A stretch of 64,000 nucleotides of DNA, taken from assembly GCA_017525505.1 (NCBI GenBank), contig JAFXSR010000046.1, positions 1,520-65,519 on the forward strand, written 5' to 3'. The translations under genes and the position numbers were made by a program. The DNA is from Bacteroidales bacterium (GTDB lineage: Bacteria; Bacteroidota; Bacteroidia; Bacteroidales; WCHB1-69). Positions within the stretch are counted from its first letter, which is position 1. Every line of letters begins with the position of its first letter. The notes under the pieces are model-generated. The model saw only the letters and a list, made by a program, of their open reading frames with translations, was not told where the DNA came from and did no database searches. This document shows, piece by piece, positions 24,844 to 34,650 of the stretch.

Positions 24844-25368
24844 TTAATCATTTAAATCACTGAAATTCAAATCCATGTCCATTGACATCATATATTCATA
24901 CAATCGCTCGCAAAAGCGTTCCACCTGCTTTTCTGTCAAGTCCTTGCCAAAACGATATTTTTTCCCATATATTGTGACCAACACGATGGCATCCTCGTCA
25001 ATAGCCCGACCTCGGAGTTCAGCCATTGCTTCCGTAATCTCCTTCATCTTGCTTTTACTGTTATACCTTATCTCCGCAATGTCGGCCAAGGGAATACGCA
25101 AGTCCTTCTGGAACGGAATTTTCTTGACAACATGAATGACTAAGTCTTTGCCGTCTATTCCTAACTGCTCCTCCCCAACAAATTGAAACCGAAACAAAAA
25201 AAAGAAAAACACCGATACAGGAACTGTTAACAACAAATACCACCACAATCCGTGATCTTCAAAGCCCTGATAGACCCATATAATACTCATTGCCGTAAAA
25301 GCCGCGAAAACCAGAAAAAACGACATCGCATTTTTACCGGAAGGCTTACAAACCAAGAGTACTTTCAT
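24844..25368 (-). CDS. Hypothetical membrane protein
   Basis: 174 aa with two N-terminal TM helices and a soluble C-terminal domain. It abuts the thrE-like start. Confidence 0.45.
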   Translation of the reverse strand: MKVLLVCKPSGKNAMSFFLVFAAFTAMSIIWVYQGFEDHGLWWYLLLTVPVSVFFFFLFRFQFVGEEQLGIDGKDLVIHVVKKIPFQKDLRIPLADIAEIRYNSKSKMKEITEAMAELRGRAIDEDAIVLVTIYGKKYRFGKDLTEKQVERFCERLYEYMMSMDMDLNFSDLND

Positions 25369-25379
25369 AACTGCTAAAA

Positions 25380-26546
25380 CTATTTTCTCTTCGCACTCAG
25401 AATCTTTCCGATGTATATGGAGTGGATGCCGGCGGGAAAGTTCTCATAGCGTTTACGGGGAATCTCCTCGAACCCTGCTGGATCGAAGGGATCACGATAG
25501 ATGATTTCGCATTCATACACTTCGGAAGCTTCCAGATAATACGGGGCACCATGCTCGGTATAAGCCACATGCAAACCCAAAGCCTCCTCCTTGTTGCCAT
25601 CCCGTCCGCTGTGAGAGCCCATATAGGCCAAAACATCCTTATGCTCCTCATCAAAGGTCATGACGGTGAAGTATTTGTATTTCTCCATAAACTGATACGT
25701 ATAGCGGGCAGGAGCCACATAAACCGTAATCGTGTTCACATCGCTGCGCCACACATTTCCCAAAGCGCCCCAGCCAATGGTCATAGCGTTGTGATTGTCC
25801 TTGTCGCCCACCGCCAAGAGCAAACCCGAGCCTTTGAACCAGGTGAAGGGATTGCCTTCGAAGTCGTCCGTATAGTCAAACTCGCTGAAAACCACCTGTT
25901 CCACCTGTTTTTCGGGCTCCACCGCCTTGCCATCCACGCTGCCATAGAAATTGTAGGACACATTGGCCGGTTTCCACTTGTCCTTGGGCGTGTTAGTGCC
26001 ATCAGGATAACCAATAACAATCGTATTGAGCGGTATCAGCTTCTTCGGCAGCTGCAACACTTTGGACACCGCCTTCACCCGTTCTTCAGAAGGATAAGTG
26101 CCCGTCCAAACCGCACCCAGGCCCATGGCATTGGCGGCCAAAAGGATGTTTTCAGTAGCTGCGGAGCAGTCCTGCACCCAGAACTCTCGGGCACTGCCTG
26201 ACAAGGCTTTGCTCATGTCGCCGCACACCACAATGGCCAGGGGAGCCTTGGCTGCCATACCGGCATAGGGATTAGCCTTTGCCAGTGCCGCCAGCTGCTG
26301 TTTGTCGGTCACCACCACAAAGTGCCAGGGTTGTTTGTTCACAGCCGAAGGTGCCGCCATGCCCGCCCGAAGGAGCTGCTCTATCTTGGCTTCCTCCACG
26401 GGTTTATCCAGGTAACTGCGCACCGAGACACGGGTCGCGATATTGTCCAAAACGGCTTTTTCCGCATCATTATTTTGGGCTTTTGAACTGCAGGCAGATG
26501 CCAATACCATTGTCAGCACAAAAATAGCCATACCATGTTTTTTCAT
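25380..26546 (-). CDS. Nitroreductase-family domain fused to a flavin-reductase-like domain, with lipoprotein signal
   Basis: Start set at MKKHGMAIFVLTMVLASACSS. The N-terminal half (VSVRSYLDKPVEE...MAAPSAVNKQPWHFVVV...VQDCSAATENILLAANAMGLGAVWTG) is nitroreductase. The C-terminal half (NAMTIGWGALGNVW...YMGSHSGRDGNKEE) is flavin-reductase-like. Confidence 0.7.
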   Translation of the reverse strand: MKKHGMAIFVLTMVLASACSSKAQNNDAEKAVLDNIATRVSVRSYLDKPVEEAKIEQLLRAGMAAPSAVNKQPWHFVVVTDKQQLAALAKANPYAGMAAKAPLAIVVCGDMSKALSGSAREFWVQDCSAATENILLAANAMGLGAVWTGTYPSEERVKAVSKVLQLPKKLIPLNTIVIGYPDGTNTPKDKWKPANVSYNFYGSVDGKAVEPEKQVEQVVFSEFDYTDDFEGNPFTWFKGSGLLLAVGDKDNHNAMTIGWGALGNVWRSDVNTITVYVAPARYTYQFMEKYKYFTVMTFDEEHKDVLAYMGSHSGRDGNKEEALGLHVAYTEHGAPYYLEASEVYECEIIYRDPFDPAGFEEIPRKRYENFPAGIHSIYIGKILSAKRK

Positions 26547-26581
26547 TATTCTCATCATTTTTTATATATAAAATTTATAAA

Positions 26582-28225
26582 TCATTCTTTTACTGAATAT
26601 TGCCAGAAATCTTCTGCAGTAGGATGCAAGACGCTGTCAGACAATGTACACACAGATATTTCCCCATCACCGGCCAAACGCTGTAAATACGGCAGAATAT
26701 ACGGGGCTTCCTCAAACTCCTTGCGATAAATCTCATCTTCCACCAAAATATAGTCATAGTCAAACGTCAGCGCATGTGCAACCAACTCAGGATTAGTCCA
26801 CATCACAGCGTACCCTTCCCTATCCATCATCGTGAAAGGTAGATTCTGCGGATAAGAGAACAAGGTCATAAACTTCAATTCTTTGGAACCATAACCAGCT
26901 TCTTCCAACATCCGATTAGCATGCATGTACCGTATAGCAGTCCGCAGTGTATCTACACCCTGTTTTCTACGCTCATTCTGCATGTGAAACGCTTCGGCCG
27001 TCATCAAGCCGATGAACGACAATATCACTGCCAATGACAATATCTTACTCCATCGTGATGACGGATTGGGAAGCAGGCTTAGCAGTCCCACCAACAACAT
27101 TACGATAGGCAGGAAAAGACTATCCAGAAAATAATAGTCATGGTCCATATACTGCGACAACATGGCAGCGACAAACAGCATTTCCCCGAACATCCATATA
27201 AGCAACAACCACCAGAAAGATAATTTATGATGAGTTTTATTAATATCTTTTTTCTTAAAGAAGACAGCAACCAGAGCGCCTACCGCCACCGCCACATACA
27301 ACCAGTGCTGCATCCGTTGGAAATAGTGAAAACGCCATCGGTCATGAACACTTTGAAATATCTGCAAAGCGTCCTCTTTGCTATGGACAGGCAGCAGACT
27401 GCTCAAAAACAAAGAGCCGTATTGCTGCCGCAGATGCTGGCTCCACAGCCACCAAGCCGCAAACAAGACCGCACCAACAACAAAAGGCAGCCACGAACTG
27501 CGCAGACTAAGCTCTTTCCGAAACACTCGCAATATATGAAAACAAGCCACCGCTATCCACAAAACAGCAAACGAGGTACGGACCATCATTGCAAGGGTTA
27601 GCAGCAAAATGCTGACGAGAAGAGTCCATTTTTGGGCGTCTCGCCAATGAAGCACATAAAACAACAGTCCCCCCATCGACAGCGACAAAGCTAACGCAGT
27701 GGGAAGGAAAGAAGCACTATAGTAAACATACGACGGAGCGGTAGCCGCAACCATCGTGACTAACAGCGACTTAGCCCTTGATCGGATCAACACATAAGCC
27801 ATGAGATACAGAGACCACAAACCCAAAATAGAAAACATCAGTGTCAGTCCACGAAAGACCCATGGTTGATGGCTGCCGGTGACACGCATCAATCCGGCAA
27901 CCAGCCAATGATGCAAAGGCAAATCGCAGGCCGTCACCAAAGACTCCGGCTCCTCAAAACCAAACTGTTGTTTGTTGTAAATGAGCGTTTGCGGATGAAA
28001 AAGATCTCCGCCATTGTGAAGAAATCCCAATGCCAACGAATAGTTATCCGCATGCGCCCACGCATGAATATAGGCCGGTGGCTCGTTCAAATAATGAACA
28101 TTGACAGCCAGCACAATAGCAGTTATTACAAGCAGTGGCAAAAGATGTTGCCTCAACTTGTCCATCATCAATCTCAACGTATGTGTTTTTTCACGCATAT
28201 CCACTGCTTCTTCTTCAAAATGCAA
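26582..28225 (-). CDS. Polytopic membrane glycosyltransferase-like protein (GT39/ArnT-PMT-like)
   Basis: 547 aa with about 10-12 TM helices followed by a soluble C-terminal domain. The family assignment rests on architecture only. Confidence 0.45.
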   Translation of the reverse strand: MHFEEEAVDMREKTHTLRLMMDKLRQHLLPLLVITAIVLAVNVHYLNEPPAYIHAWAHADNYSLALGFLHNGGDLFHPQTLIYNKQQFGFEEPESLVTACDLPLHHWLVAGLMRVTGSHQPWVFRGLTLMFSILGLWSLYLMAYVLIRSRAKSLLVTMVAATAPSYVYYSASFLPTALALSLSMGGLLFYVLHWRDAQKWTLLVSILLLTLAMMVRTSFAVLWIAVACFHILRVFRKELSLRSSWLPFVVGAVLFAAWWLWSQHLRQQYGSLFLSSLLPVHSKEDALQIFQSVHDRWRFHYFQRMQHWLYVAVAVGALVAVFFKKKDINKTHHKLSFWWLLLIWMFGEMLFVAAMLSQYMDHDYYFLDSLFLPIVMLLVGLLSLLPNPSSRWSKILSLAVILSFIGLMTAEAFHMQNERRKQGVDTLRTAIRYMHANRMLEEAGYGSKELKFMTLFSYPQNLPFTMMDREGYAVMWTNPELVAHALTFDYDYILVEDEIYRKEFEEAPYILPYLQRLAGDGEISVCTLSDSVLHPTAEDFWQYSVKE

Positions 28226-28544
28226 AAATACTAAAAAACATTATTTGGAATCCATGTTTGGCATAAAAAGAACCATGATAGATGATGATGAAAGGCCAGA
28301 ATCCATTGTTGATAACTTAATCCACTCATTTAAGGATTCTTAGGTCTATTGTTAATATCTTTCTGAAAAGAGCCAATGTTCTTATTTTTCTTTGTTTTAC
28401 TTTTGCAAGCCGAATTTGAGAGACGGGGAGACATGCACTACGTGCATTCGGGGAGACGGAAAGACGAAAAAACGGTGGAACAATAACCGAATACCCGAAA
28501 GAACGAAAGTGAACGCCTTAACGAGCGTCTTAACACAGGAACAG

Positions 28545-28574
28545 ATCAACAATTCAACAAATCAACGATTCAAC
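28545..28574. repeat. Short tandem word array (caacaatt, period 8) abutting the dnaB ATG
   Basis: The units are caacaatt/caacaaat/caacgatt/caac-ATG. This is the reverse complement of the 4918 array word. Confidence 0.7.
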
Positions 28575-30152
28575 ATGGAGAATAAAACTATTACTTCTAG
28601 GAAAACTGAAAACAGACTGTCATACAATACGATTGAAAATGCTTTGGGCAACACTGGAAAGATTGTGCCTCAGGCTGTTGACATAGAGGAAGCCGTGCTG
28701 GGAGCCATGTTGATTGATGCCAACGCAGTGAGTGTAGTCATCGACTCGCTGACCTCCAACATGTTCTACCGCGAGGCCAACCAGATGATTTACAAAGCGA
28801 TTTTCGACCTTTTTACCAAGTCAGAACCCATTGACCTGCTGACGGTTACCAACAAACTGCGGAAAGAGAAACAACTGGAGTTTGTGGGAGGAGCCTCTTA
28901 TCTGGCATCGCTCACCAACCGTGTGGCCTCTTCCGCCAACATCGAATACCACGCCCGTATCGTCATGGAGAAGTTTGTGTTGCGCGAGCTGATTTCCGTG
29001 TGCAGCAACATCACCCGCGATGCTTACGACGACTCCAAAGACGTACTGGAACTGATGGACAAGGCCGAGACCGACCTGTTCAACATCATCCAGAACAACT
29101 TCAAGCGCGACAGCAAAGAACTGCGCACCGTGGTGCAGAACGCCATCCACGAGCTGCAGGAGATGAACAACAAAAGCAGCGACGAGCTGCAAGTGCGCAC
29201 CGGCATCCGCGCCCTTGACGAGAAAATCGGAGGATGGCAACGCTCCGACCTGATTATCATGGCCGCCCGTCCCGGTATGGGTAAAACCTCTTTCGTGCTG
29301 TCCATCGCCCGCAACGCCGCCCTGGACTTCAACAAGAAAGTGGCTTTCTTCTCCTTGGAAATGTCCGCCACCCAGCTGGTTCACAGACTATTCGCTATCG
29401 AGTCGGGTATCTCTGCCGAAAAAATCGCCAAAGGCAAACTCAACGAAACCGAATGGATACGCCTGATGGAAAAAATCAACGTGCTTTTCAGCTCCAATCT
29501 GATCATCGACGACACCCCTGCGCTCTCCATTTTCGACTTGCGCGCCAAATGCCGCCGTCTGAAGGCTCACAACGATATCGACTTGATTATTGTGGACTAC
29601 TTGCAGCTGATGCAGGGCAATGTGGACGGAGCCAAGGGCACTGGCAACCGCGAACAGGAAATCAGCCATATCTCCCGTTCACTCAAAGCTTTGGCCAAAG
29701 ACCTGAACGTGCCTGTCATCGCCTTGTCGCAGTTGAGCCGTGCCGTTGAAACCCGCCCCGGTGTGAAACGTCCTCAGCTGTCCGACCTTCGTGAATCCGG
29801 TTCTATCGAGCAGGATGCCGATATGGTTATGTTTATCTATCGTCCTGAATATTACAAATTTGAGGCATTTGAAGACAATACGCCTTCAGAAGGTTTGGCC
29901 GATATCATGATTGAAAAGAACCGTCACGGCTCGGGCGGCAATGTCCGTATCCGCTTCCAGAGTCAGTACACCAAGTTCACCGATGTGGACGATGTGCCTC
30001 ATTTTGTAGAAAATGGTGGGGAAGGCAGCACTTTTGTCGATCCTGCCGCCGGCATTGCCCCCAGCGCCAGCTTCAGCACCTTCAACGCCAGTTTCAACGA
30101 CGAACCCGACACCAACTTTACCGGCACCGACGACGGAGAAATGCCTTTCTAA
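28575..30152 (+). CDS. dnaB: Replicative DNA helicase DnaB
   Basis: Start set at MENKTITSRK. The N-terminus reads PQAVDIEEAVLGAMLID. Walker A is ARPGMGKTSF; other motifs are IIVDYLQLM, SRSLKALAKDLNVPVIALSQLSR and QDADMVMFIYR. It has a C-terminal extension of about 45 aa. Confidence 0.9.
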   Translation: MENKTITSRKTENRLSYNTIENALGNTGKIVPQAVDIEEAVLGAMLIDANAVSVVIDSLTSNMFYREANQMIYKAIFDLFTKSEPIDLLTVTNKLRKEKQLEFVGGASYLASLTNRVASSANIEYHARIVMEKFVLRELISVCSNITRDAYDDSKDVLELMDKAETDLFNIIQNNFKRDSKELRTVVQNAIHELQEMNNKSSDELQVRTGIRALDEKIGGWQRSDLIIMAARPGMGKTSFVLSIARNAALDFNKKVAFFSLEMSATQLVHRLFAIESGISAEKIAKGKLNETEWIRLMEKINVLFSSNLIIDDTPALSIFDLRAKCRRLKAHNDIDLIIVDYLQLMQGNVDGAKGTGNREQEISHISRSLKALAKDLNVPVIALSQLSRAVETRPGVKRPQLSDLRESGSIEQDADMVMFIYRPEYYKFEAFEDNTPSEGLADIMIEKNRHGSGGNVRIRFQSQYTKFTDVDDVPHFVENGGEGSTFVDPAAGIAPSASFSTFNASFNDEPDTNFTGTDDGEMPF

Positions 30153-30155
30153 GCT

Positions 30156-30698
30156 ATGAAAAAACTATCTATGGAAGAACTCCACCGTGTAAGCCCCGAG
30201 GAGTTCAAAAAAATCAAGAAAATACCGCTGACCGTCGTTTTAGACGACATACGCAGCATGAACAATATCGGCTCCATTTTCCGCACCTGCGACGGCTTAG
30301 CCGTAGAACAGCTATATCTTTGCGGCATCACCGCCTGCCCGCCCAACAAGGAAATCAACAAAACCGCCCTCGGCGCCACCGAAAGCGTGGAATGGCATTA
30401 TTTCGAGGATGTAGTGGAAGCCGTCAAACAACTGCAACATAGTGGCTACAAGGTTTTTATGGTAGAACAAACCGACCAGTCCATCATGCTGCAAGATCTG
30501 AAAATTCCCCAAGGACAGAAAACCGCCATCATCTTGGGAAATGAGGTGTTCGGTGTCAGCGACAAACTGCTGCCCATCGTAGATGGAGCCATCGAAATCC
30601 CCCAGTTCGGTACCAAACACTCCTTCAACGTGACCATCGCCGCGGGAATGGTGATGTGGGAGATCTTTAAACAGGTTTCAGGGGTCAGGGGTCAGTGA
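30156..30698 (+). CDS. TrmH/SpoU-family RNA 2'-O-methyltransferase
   Basis: 180 aa. LTVVLDDIRSMNNIGSIFRTCDG...ILGNEVFGVS...IEIPQFGTKHSFNVTIAAGMV are the SpoU motifs. Confidence 0.8.
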   Translation: MKKLSMEELHRVSPEEFKKIKKIPLTVVLDDIRSMNNIGSIFRTCDGLAVEQLYLCGITACPPNKEINKTALGATESVEWHYFEDVVEAVKQLQHSGYKVFMVEQTDQSIMLQDLKIPQGQKTAIILGNEVFGVSDKLLPIVDGAIEIPQFGTKHSFNVTIAAGMVMWEIFKQVSGVRGQ

Positions 30699-30757
30699 TT
30701 AGGGGTTAGTGATTAGGGGTTAGGTATCAGGGATTAAGGATTCAAAATTCAAAGACT
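30679..30757. repeat. Tandem word array overlapping the trmH stop
   Basis: The units are caggggt x2, then agtgattaggggtt x2 (period 14), aggtatcagggatt, aaggatt and caaaatt. The first units encode the last codons VSGVRGQ*. Confidence 0.8.
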
Positions 30758-30832
30758 CACCTGATGCGAAGCATCACTCACCTCGAGTGCGTAGCACGAG
30801 ACTCACCCGTATTAATTACACATTAAAAAAAC

Positions 30833-30863
30833 TTTCAGCTTTCAGTTTTCAGTTTTCAACTTC
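30833..30863. repeat. Heptamer array (tttcagy) overlapping the thioesterase stop
   Basis: The units are tttcagc/tttcagt/tttcagt/tttcaac. On the minus strand this encodes ...KLKTEN*. It is the reverse complement of the gaaaact arrays at 48629 and 51425. Confidence 0.8.
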
Positions 30864-31255
30864 TCCACGTATTTGTCTTGTAGCGGGATGGACTGGTGCG
30901 TTTGGCGGTCGAAACCGCAAATCACACTGTGACAAGTGGTTTTGAGAATCCCCGTTTTCTCATCCACCAATTGCTGCACCATTTTGAAACTTTTGTGTCC
31001 AATTTCGGTCACTTTGCTGCAACATACAATTTTATCATTAAATTCGATGCCATTATGGAAATCCATATCCACATGCACAAGCACCAGGTCGAAGGTGCTC
31101 CAGTCGATAGGTTCCTGAAAAACATGCTCAAAATAAGCGCTGCGGCCATAATCGAAATAATGGCACTGGATGCCGTTGTTCACATGATTGAACGGATCCA
31201 AATCGCTCATCTTGATTTGGATGGGAACTGAAAATTTGAAATCTATTTTTTCCAT
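30842..31255 (-). CDS. Hotdog-fold acyl-CoA thioesterase (4HBT/YbgC-like)
   Basis: 137 aa. IQIKMSDLDPFNHVNNGIQCHYFDYGRSAYF matches the 4HBT thioesterase motif (D..GHVNN). Confidence 0.7.
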   Translation of the reverse strand: MEKIDFKFSVPIQIKMSDLDPFNHVNNGIQCHYFDYGRSAYFEHVFQEPIDWSTFDLVLVHVDMDFHNGIEFNDKIVCCSKVTEIGHKSFKMVQQLVDEKTGILKTTCHSVICGFDRQTHQSIPLQDKYVEKLKTEN

Positions 31256-31366
31256 TTTGAATTCTGAATTACTATTGTTGCGATATTTTTTTAATTTAGA
31301 AATTTAATCTATTGACATACAATAAGATATAATTATTCTTTAATTTTTTGATTTGAAATAATAGTT

Positions 31367-31524
31367 GGATATTGCAAACTAATCCGTTTCGCAGCGGGTT
31401 TATACAGTCCTTCGGTGCACATTACATTCGCGCTGCGAAGAGATATACCACATTTTCCATACCCCACACTGCGGCCTACGGCCTGATGTGGGTTACTGAG
31501 AGACTGTCTCTTCGAGACATATAC
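31367..31524 (-). mobile_element. MITE-like hairpin-module element, copy D (subfamily 2, inverted relative to E)
   Basis: The reverse complement aligns along its whole length with 39436-39596. It contains ccccacactgcggcctacggcctgatgtgggttactga (a TIR-type hairpin with a nested ggcc..ggcc hairpin) and gtctcttcgagac. Confidence 0.7.
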
Positions 31525-31600
31525 CTACAAGGCAGTCTGCTACTCTTCACTGCAAGATACCTGCTCAGGTCATGGCCTCGGAGAGGTCACCTCTCTGTAT

Positions 31601-31690
31601 CCCCTAATCACCATATCCTAATCACTCCTGCCTTCCACCTTCCACCTTTTACCTTCTACCTTCCACCTGACCACTGATCCCTTACCACTG
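31601..31690. repeat. Tandem word array downstream of cobB
   Basis: The sequence is cccctaatcac / cctaatcact, then ccttcca x2, ccttttaccttctaccttccacc, then ccactga/cccttaccact. These are reverse-complement vocabulary of the 30700 and 48581 arrays. Confidence 0.75.
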
Positions 31691-31694
31691 GCAT

Positions 31695-32375
31695 CTACAT
31701 CAATTTCGCCCTCAACTGCCTCATCCCTTCAGTGGCTTTTTCTTTGATGAAAATAACCTCACGACGGATGGGCTGCACCTCCTTTGGGTCAATAACATAA
31801 ATCGGAATACCAGCAGGAGCGTAATACAACAATCCCGCTGCCGGGTACACATTGAGTGAAGTACCGATAATAATCAAGATGTCAGCGGTTTGCACATGAG
31901 CGGCAGCATCTTCCAGCAAGGGAACCGATTCACCGAACCAAACAATAAAGGGACGGAGAATCCCGCCATCGGCAGCCTTCTCGCCATATTTGATGTCACG
32001 GTAACCGATATCCTCCACACAGCGCTTGCCACGTTCACTGCATGCCTTGGTCAGTTCGCCATGCAGATGAATGACATGCGAAGAGCCTCCCCTTTCATGC
32101 AGATTATCCACATTCTGCGTCACCACCACCACCTCGTATTGTTGCTCCAGCTCGGCAATGATTTTGTGTGCATCGTTGGGCTGGCAATGCTCCAGCTCAC
32201 GGCGGCGCACATTGTAAAAATCAATCATCAGTTCGGGATTACGGTACCAGCCATCGATGCTGGCCACATCCTCCACATTATAGTTTTCCCAGAGGCCATT
32301 GCTGTCTCTGAAGGTGCTGATGCCGCTTTCCGCGCTCACCCCCGCACCCGACAATACCACTATTTTTTTCATCAT
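31695..32375 (-). CDS. cobB: NAD-dependent protein deacylase (Sir2 family)
   Basis: KIVVLSGAGVSAESGISTFRDSNGLWENY, VVTQNVDNLHERGG and LHGEL are the sirtuin motifs. Confidence 0.85.
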   Translation of the reverse strand: MMKKIVVLSGAGVSAESGISTFRDSNGLWENYNVEDVASIDGWYRNPELMIDFYNVRRRELEHCQPNDAHKIIAELEQQYEVVVVTQNVDNLHERGGSSHVIHLHGELTKACSERGKRCVEDIGYRDIKYGEKAADGGILRPFIVWFGESVPLLEDAAAHVQTADILIIIGTSLNVYPAAGLLYYAPAGIPIYVIDPKEVQPIRREVIFIKEKATEGMRQLRAKLM

Positions 32376-32388
32376 TCAAAATTTTCTG

Positions 32389-32396
32389 CAAAGGTA
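32389..32396 (-). promoter_or_regulatory. Bacteroidota -7 promoter box (TACCTTTG) upstream of cobB
   Basis: The reverse complement of caaaggta lies 14 nt upstream of the ATG at 32375. Confidence 0.4.
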
Positions 32397-32407
32397 CAAA
32401 TATTTTA

Positions 32408-32510
32408 GGATTCAAAGTTCAAAATTCAGAATTCAAAATTCATTGGCACATCATATCCTTGGCTAATTTCACTGGCTAATAAACTAATTTGCTAATTTGC
32501 TAATTATTAC
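32408..32510. repeat. Tandem word arrays in the cobB / EF-G divergent spacer
   Basis: The units are ttcaaag/ttcaaaa/ttcagaa/ttcaaaa/ttcattg, then ggctaatttcac/tggctaataaac/taatttgc/taatttgc/taattatt. Confidence 0.8.
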
Positions 32511-32511
32511 G

Positions 32512-32519
32512 TATCTTTG
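32512..32519 (+). promoter_or_regulatory. Bacteroidota -7 promoter box (TATCTTTG) upstream of the EF-G paralogue
   Basis: tatctttg lies 50 nt upstream of the ATG at 32569. Confidence 0.5.
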
Positions 32520-32568
32520 CAAAATCAAATTAAAATAGTCAACTAATTAATAATCAATAAAATAAATA

Positions 32569-34650
32569 ATGAATTTTCGCATTTCAAAGCTCAGAAACAT
32601 CGGAATTGCCGCTCATATCGATGCCGGCAAGACCACCGTATCCGAACGAATACTTTATTTCACCGGTGTCAACCGCAAGATTGGTGAGACCCATGACGGG
32701 CAGGCTACCATGGACTTCATGAAACAGGAACAGGAACGAGGCATCACCATTGCCTCCGCCGCCATCACCGCCCAGTGGAACGATCACCAGATCAACCTGA
32801 TAGACACTCCCGGGCACGTGGATTTCACCATCGAGGTGGAACGCTCACTGCGTGTCATCGACGGCATGGTGGCCGTGTTCTGCGCTGTCGGCGGTGTGGA
32901 GCCCCAAAGCGAGACCGTATGGAACCAAGCCGACAAATACCGTGTGCCCCGTATTGCTTTCGTCAACAAGATGGACCGCACCGGCGCGGATTTCAACGAG
33001 GTAGTCAACCAGATGAACAATTACCTGGGTGCCAACGCCTTGCCTATCCAATTACCCATCGGTTCCGAAAACACCTTCCAAGGCATGATCGACCTGGTGG
33101 GCATGAAAACCATTACTTTTTCCGAAAAAGAACGCATTGTAAGTGAGATACCCGACGAGCTCAAAGCGCCAGCCATGCAGGCTCGCAACTTCCTCATCGA
33201 GAAGCTGGCCGACTACAACGACAAGGTGGCCGAATGCTACCTTGAGGAGACCGACGTGGACGAGGAGGTGCTGAAACAGGCTATCCGCGAGGCTACCATC
33301 AAGTTGCTGGTGACCCCTGTTTTGTGTGGTGCCGCCTACAAAAACAAAGGCATCCAATTGTTGCTCGACGCCATTGTCGATTACCTGCCCTCTCCCACCG
33401 ACAAGGGAGCAGTCATCGCCCACGACCCCGACGACGAGGAGAAGACCATCCAGCGTCAGCCTTCTCTGAATGAGCCATTTTCAGCCTTGGCTTTCAAACT
33501 CATCAACGACCCCTACGTGGGCCAGCAAACATTCATCCGCATCTTCAGCGGCAAACTGAGCAGTGGCATGAGTCTGTACAATGTCAACAAAGGCAAGAAC
33601 GAGCGTGTGGGCCGCATCTTCCGCATCAAGGCCAAGGAACGCGAGGAAATCAACGAGGCAGGAGCCGGCGAAATCATCGCATTGGTGGGTATGAAATACA
33701 CCCGCACCGGTGACACCCTCTGCAACGAAAACCATCCCGTGTTGCTCGAATCCATCCAGGTGCCGCCTGCCGTCATCGAGATGAAAGTCAACATCGAGGA
33801 CAAGAAAAACCGCGACAAGCTGGGCGAAGCATTGGCCAAGCTGACCAACGAAGACCCCTCTTTCCATTCGCATTTTGACGAAGAAACCGAAGAGACCATC
33901 ATTGCCGGCATGGGCGAATTGCACTTGGAGATTCTGGTGGAGCGTATCCGCGACGAGTTCAAGGTGCCCATCAGCGTGGGTGCGCCTTCCGTATCTTTCC
34001 GCGAAACCATCACCACCGAAACCGAAAGCAACTACAAGCACGCCAAGCAAAGCGGCGGCAAGGGCCAATATGCCCATACTGTCATCCGCTTCGAACCCAA
34101 TCCCGGCAAGGGCTTCGAGTTTGTGGATATGACCAAGGGCGGTGTCATCCCCAAGGAATACATGCCCTCCATCCAGAAAGGCTTGCTGGCCGCCATGGCC
34201 AAAAGTCCCGTGGCCGGCTATCCCGTGGTGGATGTCAAGTGTGTCCTTCTCGATGGCAGCTTCCACCCGGTGGACTCCAGCGACATGGCCTTCCAGCTGT
34301 GCGCCGCCATGTGCTTCAAGCAGGGCTTCAAAAAAGCCAACCCCGTACTGCTTGAACCCATGATGAAAATAGAAGTCAACACCCCCGACGACTACATCGG
34401 CAATGTGACCCGCGACATCAACAAGCGCCGTGGCCGTATCGAAAACATGCGCCGTTTCAGAAAAGGCTCGCAGAAACTCGACGGTTTCATTCCGTTGATG
34501 GAAATGTTCGGCTATGCCACTGCCCTGCGTAATATCACCAGCGGCCGCGCCAACTACTCCATGGAATTCTATCAATACGCCCCCATGCCCGCCGCCAAAC
34601 AAGAGGAAATTATCAAGCAAAGAATCGCCGAAGAGAAGGTCAACAAATAA
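32569..34650 (+). CDS. fusA: Elongation factor G (stand-alone paralogue outside the str operon)
   Basis: 693 aa. The motifs are G1 [10 protein letters not shown]3 DTPGHVDF and NKMD. Domains II-V are present (e.g. [12 protein letters not shown]). Confidence 0.9.
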   Translation: MNFRISKLRNIGIAAHIDAGKTTVSERILYFTGVNRKIGETHDGQATMDFMKQEQERGITIASAAITAQWNDHQINLIDTPGHVDFTIEVERSLRVIDGMVAVFCAVGGVEPQSETVWNQADKYRVPRIAFVNKMDRTGADFNEVVNQMNNYLGANALPIQLPIGSENTFQGMIDLVGMKTITFSEKERIVSEIPDELKAPAMQARNFLIEKLADYNDKVAECYLEETDVDEEVLKQAIREATIKLLVTPVLCGAAYKNKGIQLLLDAIVDYLPSPTDKGAVIAHDPDDEEKTIQRQPSLNEPFSALAFKLINDPYVGQQTFIRIFSGKLSSGMSLYNVNKGKNERVGRIFRIKAKEREEINEAGAGEIIALVGMKYTRTGDTLCNENHPVLLESIQVPPAVIEMKVNIEDKKNRDKLGEALAKLTNEDPSFHSHFDEETEETIIAGMGELHLEILVERIRDEFKVPISVGAPSVSFRETITTETESNYKHAKQSGGKGQYAHTVIRFEPNPGKGFEFVDMTKGGVIPKEYMPSIQKGLLAAMAKSPVAGYPVVDVKCVLLDGSFHPVDSSDMAFQLCAAMCFKQGFKKANPVLLEPMMKIEVNTPDDYIGNVTRDINKRRGRIENMRRFRKGSQKLDGFIPLMEMFGYATALRNITSGRANYSMEFYQYAPMPAAKQEEIIKQRIAEEKVNK

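Noticed and set aside
28392-28574. N-terminal extension of the dnaB ORF (track start at 28392), plus analogous upstream extensions at 19279, 15783, 41460, 34651 and 54765
   Set aside because: The extensions translate promoter, leader or repeat sequence and use non-ATG or poorly placed starts. Downstream ATGs give canonical N-termini or signal peptides at the right distance from TAnnTTTG boxes.
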